Assembly (NCBI GenBank): GCA_051294375.1
Contig: CM119266.1
Coordinates: 18,710,087 to 18,774,086 of the forward strand
DNA from: Paraspadella gotoi
Lineage: Eukaryota > Animalia > Chaetognatha
Length of the DNA: 64,000 nucleotides
Direction: 5' to 3'
Shown: in pieces, positions 11,401 through 23,400 of the stretch
How positions within the stretch are numbered: position 1 is the first letter of the stretch
Layout of the letters: each line of letters starts with the position of its first letter
The notes under the pieces: generated by a model
Databases searched by the model: none
Told to the model about the DNA's origin: nothing
The model's input: the letters and a program-made list of their open reading frames with translations, nothing else
Position numbers and translations under genes: made by a program

Positions 11401-14400
11401 TGTCATAGGTTGAGAGGATAGAGCTGTAGAGTTCAACATACTGGAGTCTGGTAAGGCTTCGCTTAGAAAAATGCCAAGTGCCACTCGTATATCTCTTTGG
11501 CATGATATACCTCTTCTGACGGTTCTCATTTTGAGCTCTTTTATTTTACTTACTTTCACTAACTCTTGACTTACCTATCCCTCACCACTTATTCTTCCAT
11601 TTAAATTTCACTTCATTTTACTAATTTATTTTTCATTGTTGTTAATACTTAATAGTATTAATACTTAGTTAATCTTTAAGTTTACTTATTTATTCTTATT
11701 TTCTCTGTTGTACATTACTAAATGTATTAAATTTCATTTATCTCTCTCTCTCTCTCTTTTCATTTTTCACAATCTTACTTCTCCTTCCGCTGTCCTTTCC
11801 TTGAACTGTCCTCACATCTGACAACTTGTCATAAAATTCGTTGCCACATTTTAAATAAACTGTTTTTCCTAAATCCTAAAACAAAGAAATCGAAAGTCTA
11901 TACATAATATTGAATTCTTTTATTGATTGTTAAATCAAATGAGTAATAATTGAAACCTGTATAGATATCAATACTTTCGGTTTACTTCTAATTTAACAGG
12001 AAGAGGTAAAAGATAGCTTTGAAAATGATCTCCCTGCTCAATAGCTTAATGTTTTTGAATGAAAATTTTTTTGTCTTACTTTCGTTCAGAAAGTAAGACA
12101 AATCGTTCAGATTTATAAAAAAAGTTTTTCAAAAAATATGATATTGATATTGCTCGAAAGCCCTTGAAAAACTGTATACTATGATATATTTTTCAATTCC
12201 CTAGCATAAAAATATCTTTAAGGTCCAGTCGAAGTTATAAGGTACATAATTATGACTAACTTAGTTTTAAAAATAGTCAATAGCAAGGTATATTACTTTT
12301 AAGAAATTATAATTGGTATTCCTGAATCCATTTTTAACGACTTTCTTGCAATGCCCATATTTGCACAAATTGCTTAAAAGAGCTATGAATTCCAAGTAAC
12401 AAATTTCCCTATATTTTTTATTGAAAAGCTCGAATTTGCCCCTCATCTTTTTTTGTCCATTACGGACTCAAAACAAAATCAATTATCCAAAAATTTATAC
12501 ATAAAAAATGAGTATGTCTTGTCTTTAAGTATCTCTTTTCAAAATCTTAAAATCTCTTCACGTTTTCATTTGGTGAATTTTTTCTAGCGGCGGGTTTTAA
12601 ATGGTCACGCTTAAATTGATTAATAAGTTAGTTAGTTGATAACTTGATTATATGGTGGACTAAAATCCACCAACCGTTCATCAGCGGCCATTGGTGCCAG
12701 AGCCAAGTCATTCGCCTCCCAACCCAAAGGTCCGGGGTTCTAGCCCGGTGGTCGTCTGGCAGTTAAGAGGGACGGGGCGCTTAACCCGCCTGTAACATGG
12801 TGTTACAGCCTGATCCGAAGCTCAGGGACTGCTTACATTGAACGGTTCTGTCACTAACACATAACAAATATCACTGTCTCTTCATTGGTGAGCCCGACTT
12901 CCGAACAAAACAGAAACAACCACTTTCAGGCGACATGCCTCAACCTGGCGATGCACTTTTCGCCCACAACACATCAGGCGACATGCCTCAACTTGGTGAC
13001 GAACTTTCCACCAACAACAACAATTCACTGAAGAGACGCAACAGACTTCTCCCTACGGGAGGGGGGGATGTATGGTGGACTAAAATCCACCAACCGTTCA
13101 TCTGTGGCCATTGGTGCTGGAGGCAAGTCATTCGCCTCCCAACCCAAAGGTCCGGGGTTCTAGCCTGGTGGTCGTCTGGCAGTTAAGAGTGACGGGGCGC
13201 TTAACCCGCCTGTAACATGGTGTTACAGCCTGATCCAAAGCTCAGGGACTGCTTACATTGAACGGTTCTGTCACTAACACATAACAAATATCACTGTCTC
13301 TTCAATTAATTAATTGATTGATTTTAATTTTAATTTAATTAATTGAATAATTAATGCGCTTGCATCTATATTTGATATAAAAAGGAAAAAAGCATAATAA
13401 AATAGTAAAACGAATGTTTTGCTTTCTCCATTGAAACTTATTTCCACTTAGACGATTCCATCGAAAGTTTAGATCCTGCTTAATCAGACACAAAATTTCA
13501 AGTCAATCGCCCCATCCATTCATGAGTAATTGGGGGACGGACGGACATCATTTTTTTGCATAATTTTTAATTTATAATATTGTTCCACTACGTTTTAAAG
13601 AGCTCCAGCTTTATATCACTGAATATATTCGTTACTCCAGTCCCTTTAATACCCTGGCTTGACATATTTGTTGTCTTGATCATATTCGCTCTCTTTAATT
13701 GAAGGTTCACCATCACATACTTCTCGCTCGATGTCCATTAAAGTTCCCATGAGCCTTGCATTGTCCTATAAAATAATAGAGGACTTTTGTCTTTTTCAAA
13801 ACTATGGGAAAGGTAGCCAGAATTCCAGATACTAGTAGAAAACTACTAGTACTAGTACTAGTATCTACTAGTACTAGTAGATATTTACCGCTGGACTGGA
13901 TACTAGAGTGGAGCTCTAGGGAGTAAAAATTTGAGTCAATTAACAATTATAATTATATAATGATAGTTTGATAGAATGATAGTATGAAAATCAACTACAA
14001 AAAATATTTCGCTTATATTGTTTGGGGAACAGAAGCGGAAAATACAATTTACAGCAGATTACTGATAAAAAAAAGTGCTTTTGATTTTTTGAACCCAAAA
14101 TCATACATTGCATACATTTTCATTTTTGCGATACAAATAGAAATATCAGGGTGAACTTTGATATTACATCACTGACTTGAGATACCTGGCCCGAGGCCCT
14201 AGATAACTACCAATCATTATATTATTGGATATCATCGCTTCCATAATTCCTCATACAGGTTAATAAATGTTGGGAAGAAACATTTATTTACGTGTATATG
14301 ACACGATGAAATTTATCGTGGCGTAGTGTATGATGCGATAAAAAAAAATTGGTGATTGAAATTATCTCTGAATGGGTTATATAAAACATCATGATTTTCT

Positions 14401-17400
14401 TCATATTATGGTGGACTAAAATCCACTAACCGTTCATCAGCGGCCATTGGTGCCGGAGGCAAGTCATTTGCCTCCCAACTCAAAGGTCCGGGGTTCTAGC
14501 CCGGTGGCCGCCTAGCAGTTAAGAGGGATGGGGCGCTTAACCCGCCTGTAACATGGTGTTACCGTTCAGGGACTGCTTATATTGAACGGTTCTGTCATTA
14601 ACATATAACAATAATTACTGTCTCTTCAATATATGAAAAAAAAGTTAAAAATAATATTTGGTAGTTACGATATGACTAAATATAGGATAATTTAAAAAAA
14701 TAAATATATATAATTATTTTTTTTAATAATAGTCTAATTATATAAACCATTTCATCCAATTATCTGTCTACACCTCATATCTTGTTGGTAAATTACTTGG
14801 TTCATCTAAGAATACCGAATTATAAAAAATTATTAGAAAAAATTGAATCTTTTTATCTTTCCATACATCTATTTGTTTGTTTATCTATCTGTAACTGCAA
14901 TGTCTAACCTTGTCTACAATGTAAGCTTTGTAGTCAGACTCCTGAAATACCAAAGTGGGGCAAGTTTTGCAATCCTTATTTTTTTTCTGATACTCGTCAT
15001 CAATGGTTTTTCGAGGTTTTCGAGGAACGCATTTGATATGCCAATTAAATTTTGGATCAATGAAGCATGTTGAGCCCTAGAGTAGCAAAGGTTCAAAATC
15101 ATAATTTAGTATTTCTGTTCGTTTTTCCCCCGAATTTATTTTTAGCTTTAAATATATTTTTAAACTTAAATAAACCAATCCTATTTTTCCCTTCAGTTTT
15201 TTTTAAAGAATTTCTTTCTACACTGTATATTAGTTTCACCTTTGGGCAACCACATTTTGGCTCCCTCTTTAAAAAACCTTGCCCATAACATACGGCTTCC
15301 TCTTGTACGGTTCTTGGATCGCACAGGTCCTGCGTTATCAACTGATTGTTTTCCATATCGCAGTATATAAAGCACAGTTGTTGCTTATGGGGGTCGTCCT
15401 TTATTGGAACCAATTTTGCAGAGATTCGGTTTGGGAAATCAAATTCAGTGTAAACGGTTGGAGGAAAGTTGTCGGCGCGACACTGGTACAATCTACCCTC
15501 GAAGAGGATGTCCTCACTTTTAGACCATCCAATTCTGGCAATATTCAACAGCAAGTCTTAGAAAACAATGTCGCTAAATAGGTAATCAGCTAAAAAGTCA
15601 TTTTATAACATACAACATATCAAGAATCGTTATTTTATTTATGCTTTGTTTGAAAATGAAAATGTCGCCATAACTTTAACCCTTTTGCCTTTTTAGTCGG
15701 ATTTGCTTTTAGCAGATTCCGACTCTTTCGGTCCGTCAGTCCCTCCCCAAAATCTTGTCGGTAAATCTTTTTCGTCATATCAGACCCTTGAATTATGATA
15801 AATTACGCAAAAAAAATTATGTCCGTCCATCAGTCCCGCTTAGCATTAAACTCCAATTACTCATTATTAGTGTGTGATTAAGCTGGATATAAAGTTTCAA
15901 TAGAATCGTAAGACTTTTTTACTTATATTTACTCATAATTAGTATATTTGTCAAGAAACTAGTAACGAACTAGTCTCAGTAGACCTGTCCTCGTCCGTTG
16001 ACCCGTCAGGCTGTTACTGGGTGACACTGTCGTCCACTCGCCTTGTCTTTGCAAGTGGGCGCGGTCTTGTCCAGCGCCCCGTCGATGGGTTTGTGGAAAG
16101 GTCCCAAGTCCATCACAAAAGTCAGAGGCTCCAGTCTTGTGACCTCTTGGTCGCCCGCAACTCTATGGACTTGTGGTGTACTTGTGTGGCATTCTTTGGG
16201 GCTCGTGGCCCTCACCACCATTTAAGGTAAAACTCATGGATTACTCATGGATTAATACTGTAGAAAAGGTAGACGTAGACGTGGCATCATTGTCCCATAA
16301 GGGGCCGTTTGGGGACGGGCCTGCTGTCTGACTCTGAAACTGTGTGAATAGAAAAGTGAGAGAAACGTGTACACTGTAATTGTAAGTGTACAGGTAAGGC
16401 AGAGAAAGCAGAGGAAAAATTATAAAGGAAACAATATTTATTCAAAATTGGATAGATAATTTGAAATGAAATTTGGTGTGTGGTTGGAAAGTATTTGATT
16501 AAGCTGGATATAAAATTTTGAAGGAATGGTAGGAATGGAAAAAAGTTTAAATTAGAAAACCAAAAGATATATTTATTTGAATTTTTAAAACTTTCTCACT
16601 CTCTATCTCTTTCTAATGGATTGATTGATTGATTTATGAATTTTTAAATTGATTGATTGAGAAATCTGTTATTATTTATGATGTTATGATGCAGTTATGA
16701 TTAGTTATGTTTTTCTCTCTCTCTATTTATTTAAGAATTTTCTTGTCACATTTATTGGACATCATTGTATCTGACTGCTAAATTATCCTAGGCAGATCCG
16801 ACATTGTTTGCTCAAACTTGTTTTTATTCGAATGTAAAAATCGAGGAAAAAGTTATCTACTTAGTTATTAACTTTTTCAAAGCTCCTCAGTGGCTCAGTA
16901 CCATCCCATTGTGCGTTGCAGGTTTAGTCCTGAGATTGTCATGTCAAAACCGCTTTAATTCATTTTATATTTCAACACTTATGTTTTAAAAACTCGTTAC
17001 TTTTTAAACTTAATCCCAGACCCCTCGTAAAAATATGACGCGATAAAGTCTCGAAAAAAAAATATTTAACGAAAGATACATCCTTCATTAATTTTACCAT
17101 TCCTTAATGTTTATGGAGTAACTTTAAATTTTTTTTACTCTAATCCTTATTCTTAACATATAGCATCAGCTTGTGATATAAGTTACCAAAACATAATATT
17201 TTATATGAAGATTTTAAGGCATTTTAAAAAAATATACAGGAAGTAATATACAGGTAAGATGTAACCACATCGCTTTATCAAACTGAAAGTTTATGATTTA
17301 CTTAAAGGCCTTTATTGGCTATGTATTTATACCAAAATAATTATACCATAATGAGACATTCTACCCTGAAAGGTAATTCAGAATAAAGTTGTCTGCTCCA

Positions 17401-20400
17401 CATCCTCCAACATGCTGTGGAGGCTGTTGTAATGGTTGAGTATGTACTATGTAACAAGCTTTGGAAATTAATGTGACATAATCTTTGTTAAGTACTTGAG
17501 CTAATTAATCTGGGTGTACGCGAAAACCATTTATAATTTGGAGGCAATCATTGATCTTGTCAAAGGTGTGCCAGAAATCCGAGGGTAGCGGCCTAAGGGT
17601 GTAGAACCGATTTTGATGGGGATTGCGGCAAACATCTTTTTTAGGCCCACTCATATTATACCAGATGTAAATTAAGCTAAGATGATTTTTAAAATTTTTG
17701 ACACACCCTCGGGTTACCCAGTCCATCCCACTTTCTACATGATAACCTTAGGACTCGAACCCGGGACGCACATTGGGACGGTGAATTAGTCCACTGAGCC
17801 ACTGCAAAGGAAACAGCTTTAATTGATCTGTGGTGATAGGGCCACGAGTGTATTATGTTATATCATTTTAATAATTTACTAATGGAATGTAAATTGTAAG
17901 TCTTCACTAGTCGGAATATTTTTAGAAGTCAGAATCTTGTCGCGATTCGTCGTAAATTATTAATTGATTAGATTATTTCATGACGCTCGTAACATTCCCT
18001 GACTAGTAAAGGAGCGTTCAAAATTGCTACCTGAGAAAGTCTGTGACTTCCATATTGTCAATATGCTTCCGCTCTGAACCAACAATATCAGCGACAAGAC
18101 GTAATAACCCCTCATAACCAACACGCTTTCTCGCTAATTCTCCGTCCTTCTTGCAAAACAGTTCATAAACTCGGCGATTGCTTGGATCCTTGGATGTTGA
18201 CAGTTCCACGCAGTCGAATTGCTCAGCTTCACTATTCAAAAAAAAAAAAAAAAAAAAATAATAATTTGAACATTCAATATAATATGAGTCATATAAATAT
18301 AGTATGAATCATATAAATACATTGGGTCAATCTTTCAGGGGTGTAACCCCTTGGGGATGTGTACTCATTGGAGAAGGCTGTTCCGTCAATCGCCAAACCC
18401 AAAAAGTCCCTGGTCAAAATGGTCCATGCAAAAGAGGTGCAGGCTGATTAAATCACCGGAATCTACCTCCAGATTTGAAGTTTTTGAAAGCAACTTACTA
18501 AAAAGACCCGCAGAGCACATCAAGTGCATAGCATATCCACCCTATCAGAGGGACATGGAGGGCCTCCATTGGAGCCCCCCTATGCTCAAGGTCACTTCAA
18601 GTTTTAAGGTTTTATGAGATATGTCACAAATAGATTATCATATGTAAAATATGAAAATCATATGAAAGCTATTTATGGATGGATGGACAGAGACAGACGG
18701 ACAGACCTATTTTAAGGTCAGATTGTTTATAGAACTATAATTTTAAATCTATGGTTACCCATTGTGGGCTTTCGAGAAGGCTAGGTACCGGCTGTGTCTG
18801 GTTGAGGGCAGTGGCCACCTAGGGCTGCCCAAGTAGCCGCTGATGCAGTTTCTCCCTCCATCCCCCAGGAGGCAGAAAGGGAGCTTGCTGCTGAAGAGCC
18901 AACCGCGCCCACCACAGCGCAAATGGAAGATAAGCAGAAGCGCCCTAAGAACGTGGGCCACTTGTCCCTCCCCTACCACCAGGGGATCACTGAGTCATTG
19001 GTGCGGGTGGCTGGCAAAGCAGGGGATCTCCACCTCAGTGACGGCCCGCGGTTCTCTGCGTGAGCTTTGGTAAAACCGAAAGATAAAATCCCAGACCGAA
19101 AACATCAGGAGCCGTCTATTGGGCGGGCCTGTGCAGGGGCGGGCAACCAAGCCTGTACAGCAGCATACGTGGGCGAGACAGGCAAATCTCTGACGGATCG
19201 ATTTCAGCAGCACACGAAACCATATCGTGATGCCCGTGGTCATTACTTGTCCGCTGTAGCTGAGCATACGGTAAATACTGGCCATGTATTTAGAGAAACA
19301 GACTGTCTCGTGCTGTCCCATGACCCGAACTGGTTCTCAAGAGGTATTAGAGAGGCAAATACATCAAACCCTCGAGCCCTCTTTGAATCGTGATGGAGGA
19401 CGATTCGACCTCCTCCAAGCTATGATTCGCTATCAAAAGCGTGGTGGAGGCCCCGTCTCCACCCGTCCGCACAATGACTCCCCTGTCTCCACTCAACGAG
19501 ACAGGCGGAGACCCTTCGCGCAGGCAATGGGCAGACGATGCCTTCTCCTTCACCTGTAGCAACTCATTCCCTTTCTCTGTGGAGGTGAGCGCCGCCCAAA
19601 GCGACGGCTGCAGGAGGAAGGAGAGTCCACCACTCCTGTCGCAAAAGCGGCAAGAACGGAAAGCCGCCCACCTCGTCAGCAGGCGAGAAGAGGGCAGTCG
19701 GCAGGCGTACCAGGCCAGAGAGACATCAGAGTAGCCTGGGTATCTTCCCGCAAGGAAGCCTCCCTAACGCCGCACACATAGGCTCAACGATTTTGTCCTC
19801 ACAGCCACTGACACGTCAATGACCCGACCACATCGATCAGGCCTTTCATTTGCACAAGCCAAGGGCACACGCCATTTTCAAGCCTCCGGTACCTGCTCTT
19901 GTCCCTTCTTCTCCCACCATTTCTAAAGACCTCCAGGTGTAACGCCCTGCTCCTTCTCCGTCCGCTATCTCCTACACACTGCCTGATTTTTCAAAAAGAC
20001 CTCAGGTTAACGCCCTGCTCCTCTCCGTCCGCCTAATCCTCCTTACCAACTGCCTGATTTTTCAAAAAGACGCTCCAGGTTAACGCCCTCTGCCTTCCTC
20101 CGTCCGCGCTTATCTCCTACACACTGGCTGATTTTTCAAAAAGGACCTCCAGGTGTAGGGGATCGCGACGCTGCCTCCTTCCTCCTCCGCCTATCTCCTA
20201 CACAGCTCTGATTTTCAAAAAGACCTCCAGGTTAACGCCTGCTCCTTCGCTGCCGTCCTCTATCTCCTACACACTGCCTGACTTTTTCAAAAAGACCTCC
20301 AGGTTAACGCCCTGCTCCTTACCCCCTCCCGTCCGCCTATCTCCTACACACTGCCTGATTTTTCAAAAAAGACCTCCAGGTTAACGCCCTGCTCCTTCCT

Positions 20401-23400
20401 CACGTCCGCCATCTCCTATCACCAGCTAGCCCTGATTTTGTCCAAATACCTCCTAGGTTAACCCCTCGCTCTCTTCGCTCCGTCCGCCTATCTCCTACAC
20501 GACTGCCTGATTTTTCAAAAGACCTCCAGGTTAACGCCCTGCTCCTTCCTCCGTCCGCCTATCTCACACACTGCCTGATTTTTCAAAAAAGACCTCCAGG
20601 TTATCTCCTGCTCCTTCCTCCGTCCGCCTATCTCCTACACACTGCCTGATTTTTTCAAAAGACCTCCAGGTTAACGCCCTGCTCCTTCCCTCCGTCCCCT
20701 ATCTCCTACACACTGCCTGATTTTTCAAAAAGACTCGCAGGTTAACGCCCTGCTCCTTCCTCCGTCCGCCTATCTCCTACACACTGCCCTAATTTTTCCA
20801 AAAAGACCGTCCCAGGTTAACGCCTGCTCCTTCCTCCGTCCGCCTATCTCCTACACACTGCTGATTTTTCAAAAAGACCTCCAGGTTAACGCCGCTGCTC
20901 CTGTCCTCTGTCCGCCTAATCTCCTACACACTGCTGATTTTTAAATCGCGCCAACATCCCACCCAACCTCCGATTTGGTGTCAACCAAATTTAATGATTA
21001 GTCTAGACTCAAAAAAATATTCTAAATTGTTTTTATTTTGCTTTTACATAATAATGACATCAAACTTTATATAATTAATTAAAATTGATATCATTTAAAC
21101 TTACATATTTTAAGAATTTTTTTTGTTTTTCTTTTAATATTTATATTTACTAAATATTATTTTAAAAGGAATATGTTTCTAAAACTAACAATTGCAAATA
21201 CATTTTGTCATATTTTGCTTGTCAATGGTTGTTTCCTCATTTCTCAAGATAACCTCCTTTTTAAAAAGACAAGATCTAGAGACTGACATCAAAGATCAGA
21301 TATTAATTAATAATAATAAGTAAATTAATTAAATAAAAAAAGAGTAATCAATTTGTAAAAAAAAATTGTGCAGTTATATGCATTTGAACTGTATTTTTAT
21401 CTCTCTCTCTGTCTTCTTTCTCTCTTTTCTCTCTCTGTAGAGAGACTTGGCTCTCCGCGTCACAGGGTAGGAATGGCTCGTCGTGAGGGAGGCTCAACTG
21501 CATCTGACAAGACTCCAAACGTCGTATAATACTGGAGATCTCTCAAAAGCAAACCAAATAATAAAAAGGTCGAATCGTAAAATGTAAAAAAATGTAATAA
21601 AAATGTAAATCAGAAGAAAATCCAGCGTCAATGAAACAGAAAATCTCGAGAAAATAACGGCGTCCTTAGAAAAGTCGTAAGAAAATAGTTGATATTCCAG
21701 AGAAAATCGTAAGGAATCGTAATAAAAGTGACTGAAGTTAGTCTGTCAGAGCTTTTCCTAGAGAACTATAGAGAGAGTCGTACGGTTAACCATGGTCCGG
21801 TCGATCGGTCAGTCCGTCGACATCGTCTCTGTCGCCGTCTCCGTCAGTCTCGTGCCTTTCTCTTCACTCTCTCTCTCTCTTTCTCTCTCACTCTTTCTTT
21901 CTCTCTCTCTCTCTCTCTCTCTCTCATGAATATAATTTTTTATTAAGTTAGTTGATTGATTGATTGATTGATTAAAATGACGACAAAGAGGATATGATAT
22001 TAGACAAGACAAGATAACAAGACACAAATATCCCCAAACAGTGAAAATAAAAACAAGTTTGAGCAAACTTGATAATCTAGGAGGTCTTATGGGTTTACTG
22101 GATGATCTTCTTTCTCCATTAAAACTGAAAATAATGAAAATCCGTTTTAACCCTATATCACTGTAATCTCAGGCCAGCTTTTAAAGATGAATATATTTTT
22201 TTAAATAACAAAAACCTTCGTAAACGAATTCGTCAAAATAAAAGATAAAAGAAATTTGAAATCCTAGTTCTTTCTTTGTTATTTCTTGAATTGAGAAGTT
22301 CATTGGTAAAGGCTTGTTTCTCTCTTAAAATACAAATCGCTAAAATCCGCATTAACCAGTTATTACTAGAACCTTATGCTACCTGTTTAACCTGACAATG
22401 ATATTTAGTTCAGATAAACCTGGTTAACGAATACAAGAAAGTCAGAAAAGAAAAATCTGAAAACCTAGTTCTTTCTTTGTTATTTTTGATGATTGACATG
22501 TCAACTGGTAAGGTATATTTCCTTCCTAAAACTCAAAACCCAAAAAACCGCAACAGACCATAATAGCCAAAACCGATTACTAACTAATAAAACTATTATC
22601 AATTTTTAAATATAATAAACCTGTTTAAACGGGTAACTGCAAGAAAAATTTTTAATTCTTGAAACGTAGTTAATTTCTTATATATTTGCGCGAAATGTCT
22701 GTGGTTGAATAACTGATTTGAAAATCAAATTCTCTCTTAATTTAAAAAATCGCAATAAATCCATCAAACACAGACTAACTAAACCTTCCTTTATCTAATA
22801 AAACCTATAGATATTACCAGCAGTGATAAACCTGGTTAAACGAGTGACATAAAGTAAAAAAATGTTTTTGTAAAATTTTTCAATGTAAAATACATGAAGT
22901 AAGTTAAGAAAAAATTATATTACTTTACACTTGTGAAAAAATAACATTTGTCCTTATGCACAATATCCAAGGGAAGACAATCAGCTTTCGAACGCCGTAT
23001 CATTTTATGCAATTAACCATAGTATAAGAAAATGGCAGTTGGCCAAATAAAAAATAATTTATTTTAGAGAAGTAAAGAAAAGTAAAAAGAAAAGAAAGAA
23101 AGGTTACGAGTTTTAGCGATCTTTTCTGGTCAAAAGCCCGCAAGACCATCTACTTATCAGTTAACCTATTAAAATCGAAATCGCTGACATGACTTTTTTC
23201 ACTCGATTTTGAAATTTTTTTTTTCCTGGAGGTCTGAGGCACCGTGAAGGGGGCCAGCTCACTTTGAGCTCTATCTTAACTCTTATACTTCACTATAATA
23301 ATAATTGCTTAACTATCCCTCACCTCTATTTCCTTCACATTTCAAATTTCACAATTTCATCTTCACTAACTTATTTATTCACAGTAGTTAATTGTTAACA

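Larger units (their letters stand above)
12651..13304 (+). mobile_element. Complete non-coding miniature LTR retrotransposon (TRIM), family B, with a tRNA-like cassette and a twister ribozyme in each LTR
   Basis: Near-identical 234-bp direct repeats at 12651-12884 and 13071-13304. PBS TGGTGAGCCCGAC (12886-12898; one mismatch to the tRNA-Trp PBS TGGTGACCCCGAC). PPT GGGAGGGGGGGA (13057-13068). 4-bp TSD ATTA. The 186-bp internal region has no credible ORF. Confidence 0.95.

Noticed and set aside
12684-12755. Functional tRNA-Gly gene
   Set aside because: The anticodon stem does not pair and the sequence is embedded in multi-copy LTRs; treated as a tRNA-derived cassette.
12935-13186. ORFs within TRIM/LTR copies (also 39292-39820, 9990-10217, 59173-59474)
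   Set aside because: Not conserved in frame between copies and no gag/pol similarity; by-products of GC-rich structured RNA.
19927-20942. CRISPR-like appearance of the 70-bp and 55-bp arrays
   Set aside because: Units are full tandem repeats with no unique spacers, no cas genes, and the context is eukaryotic.
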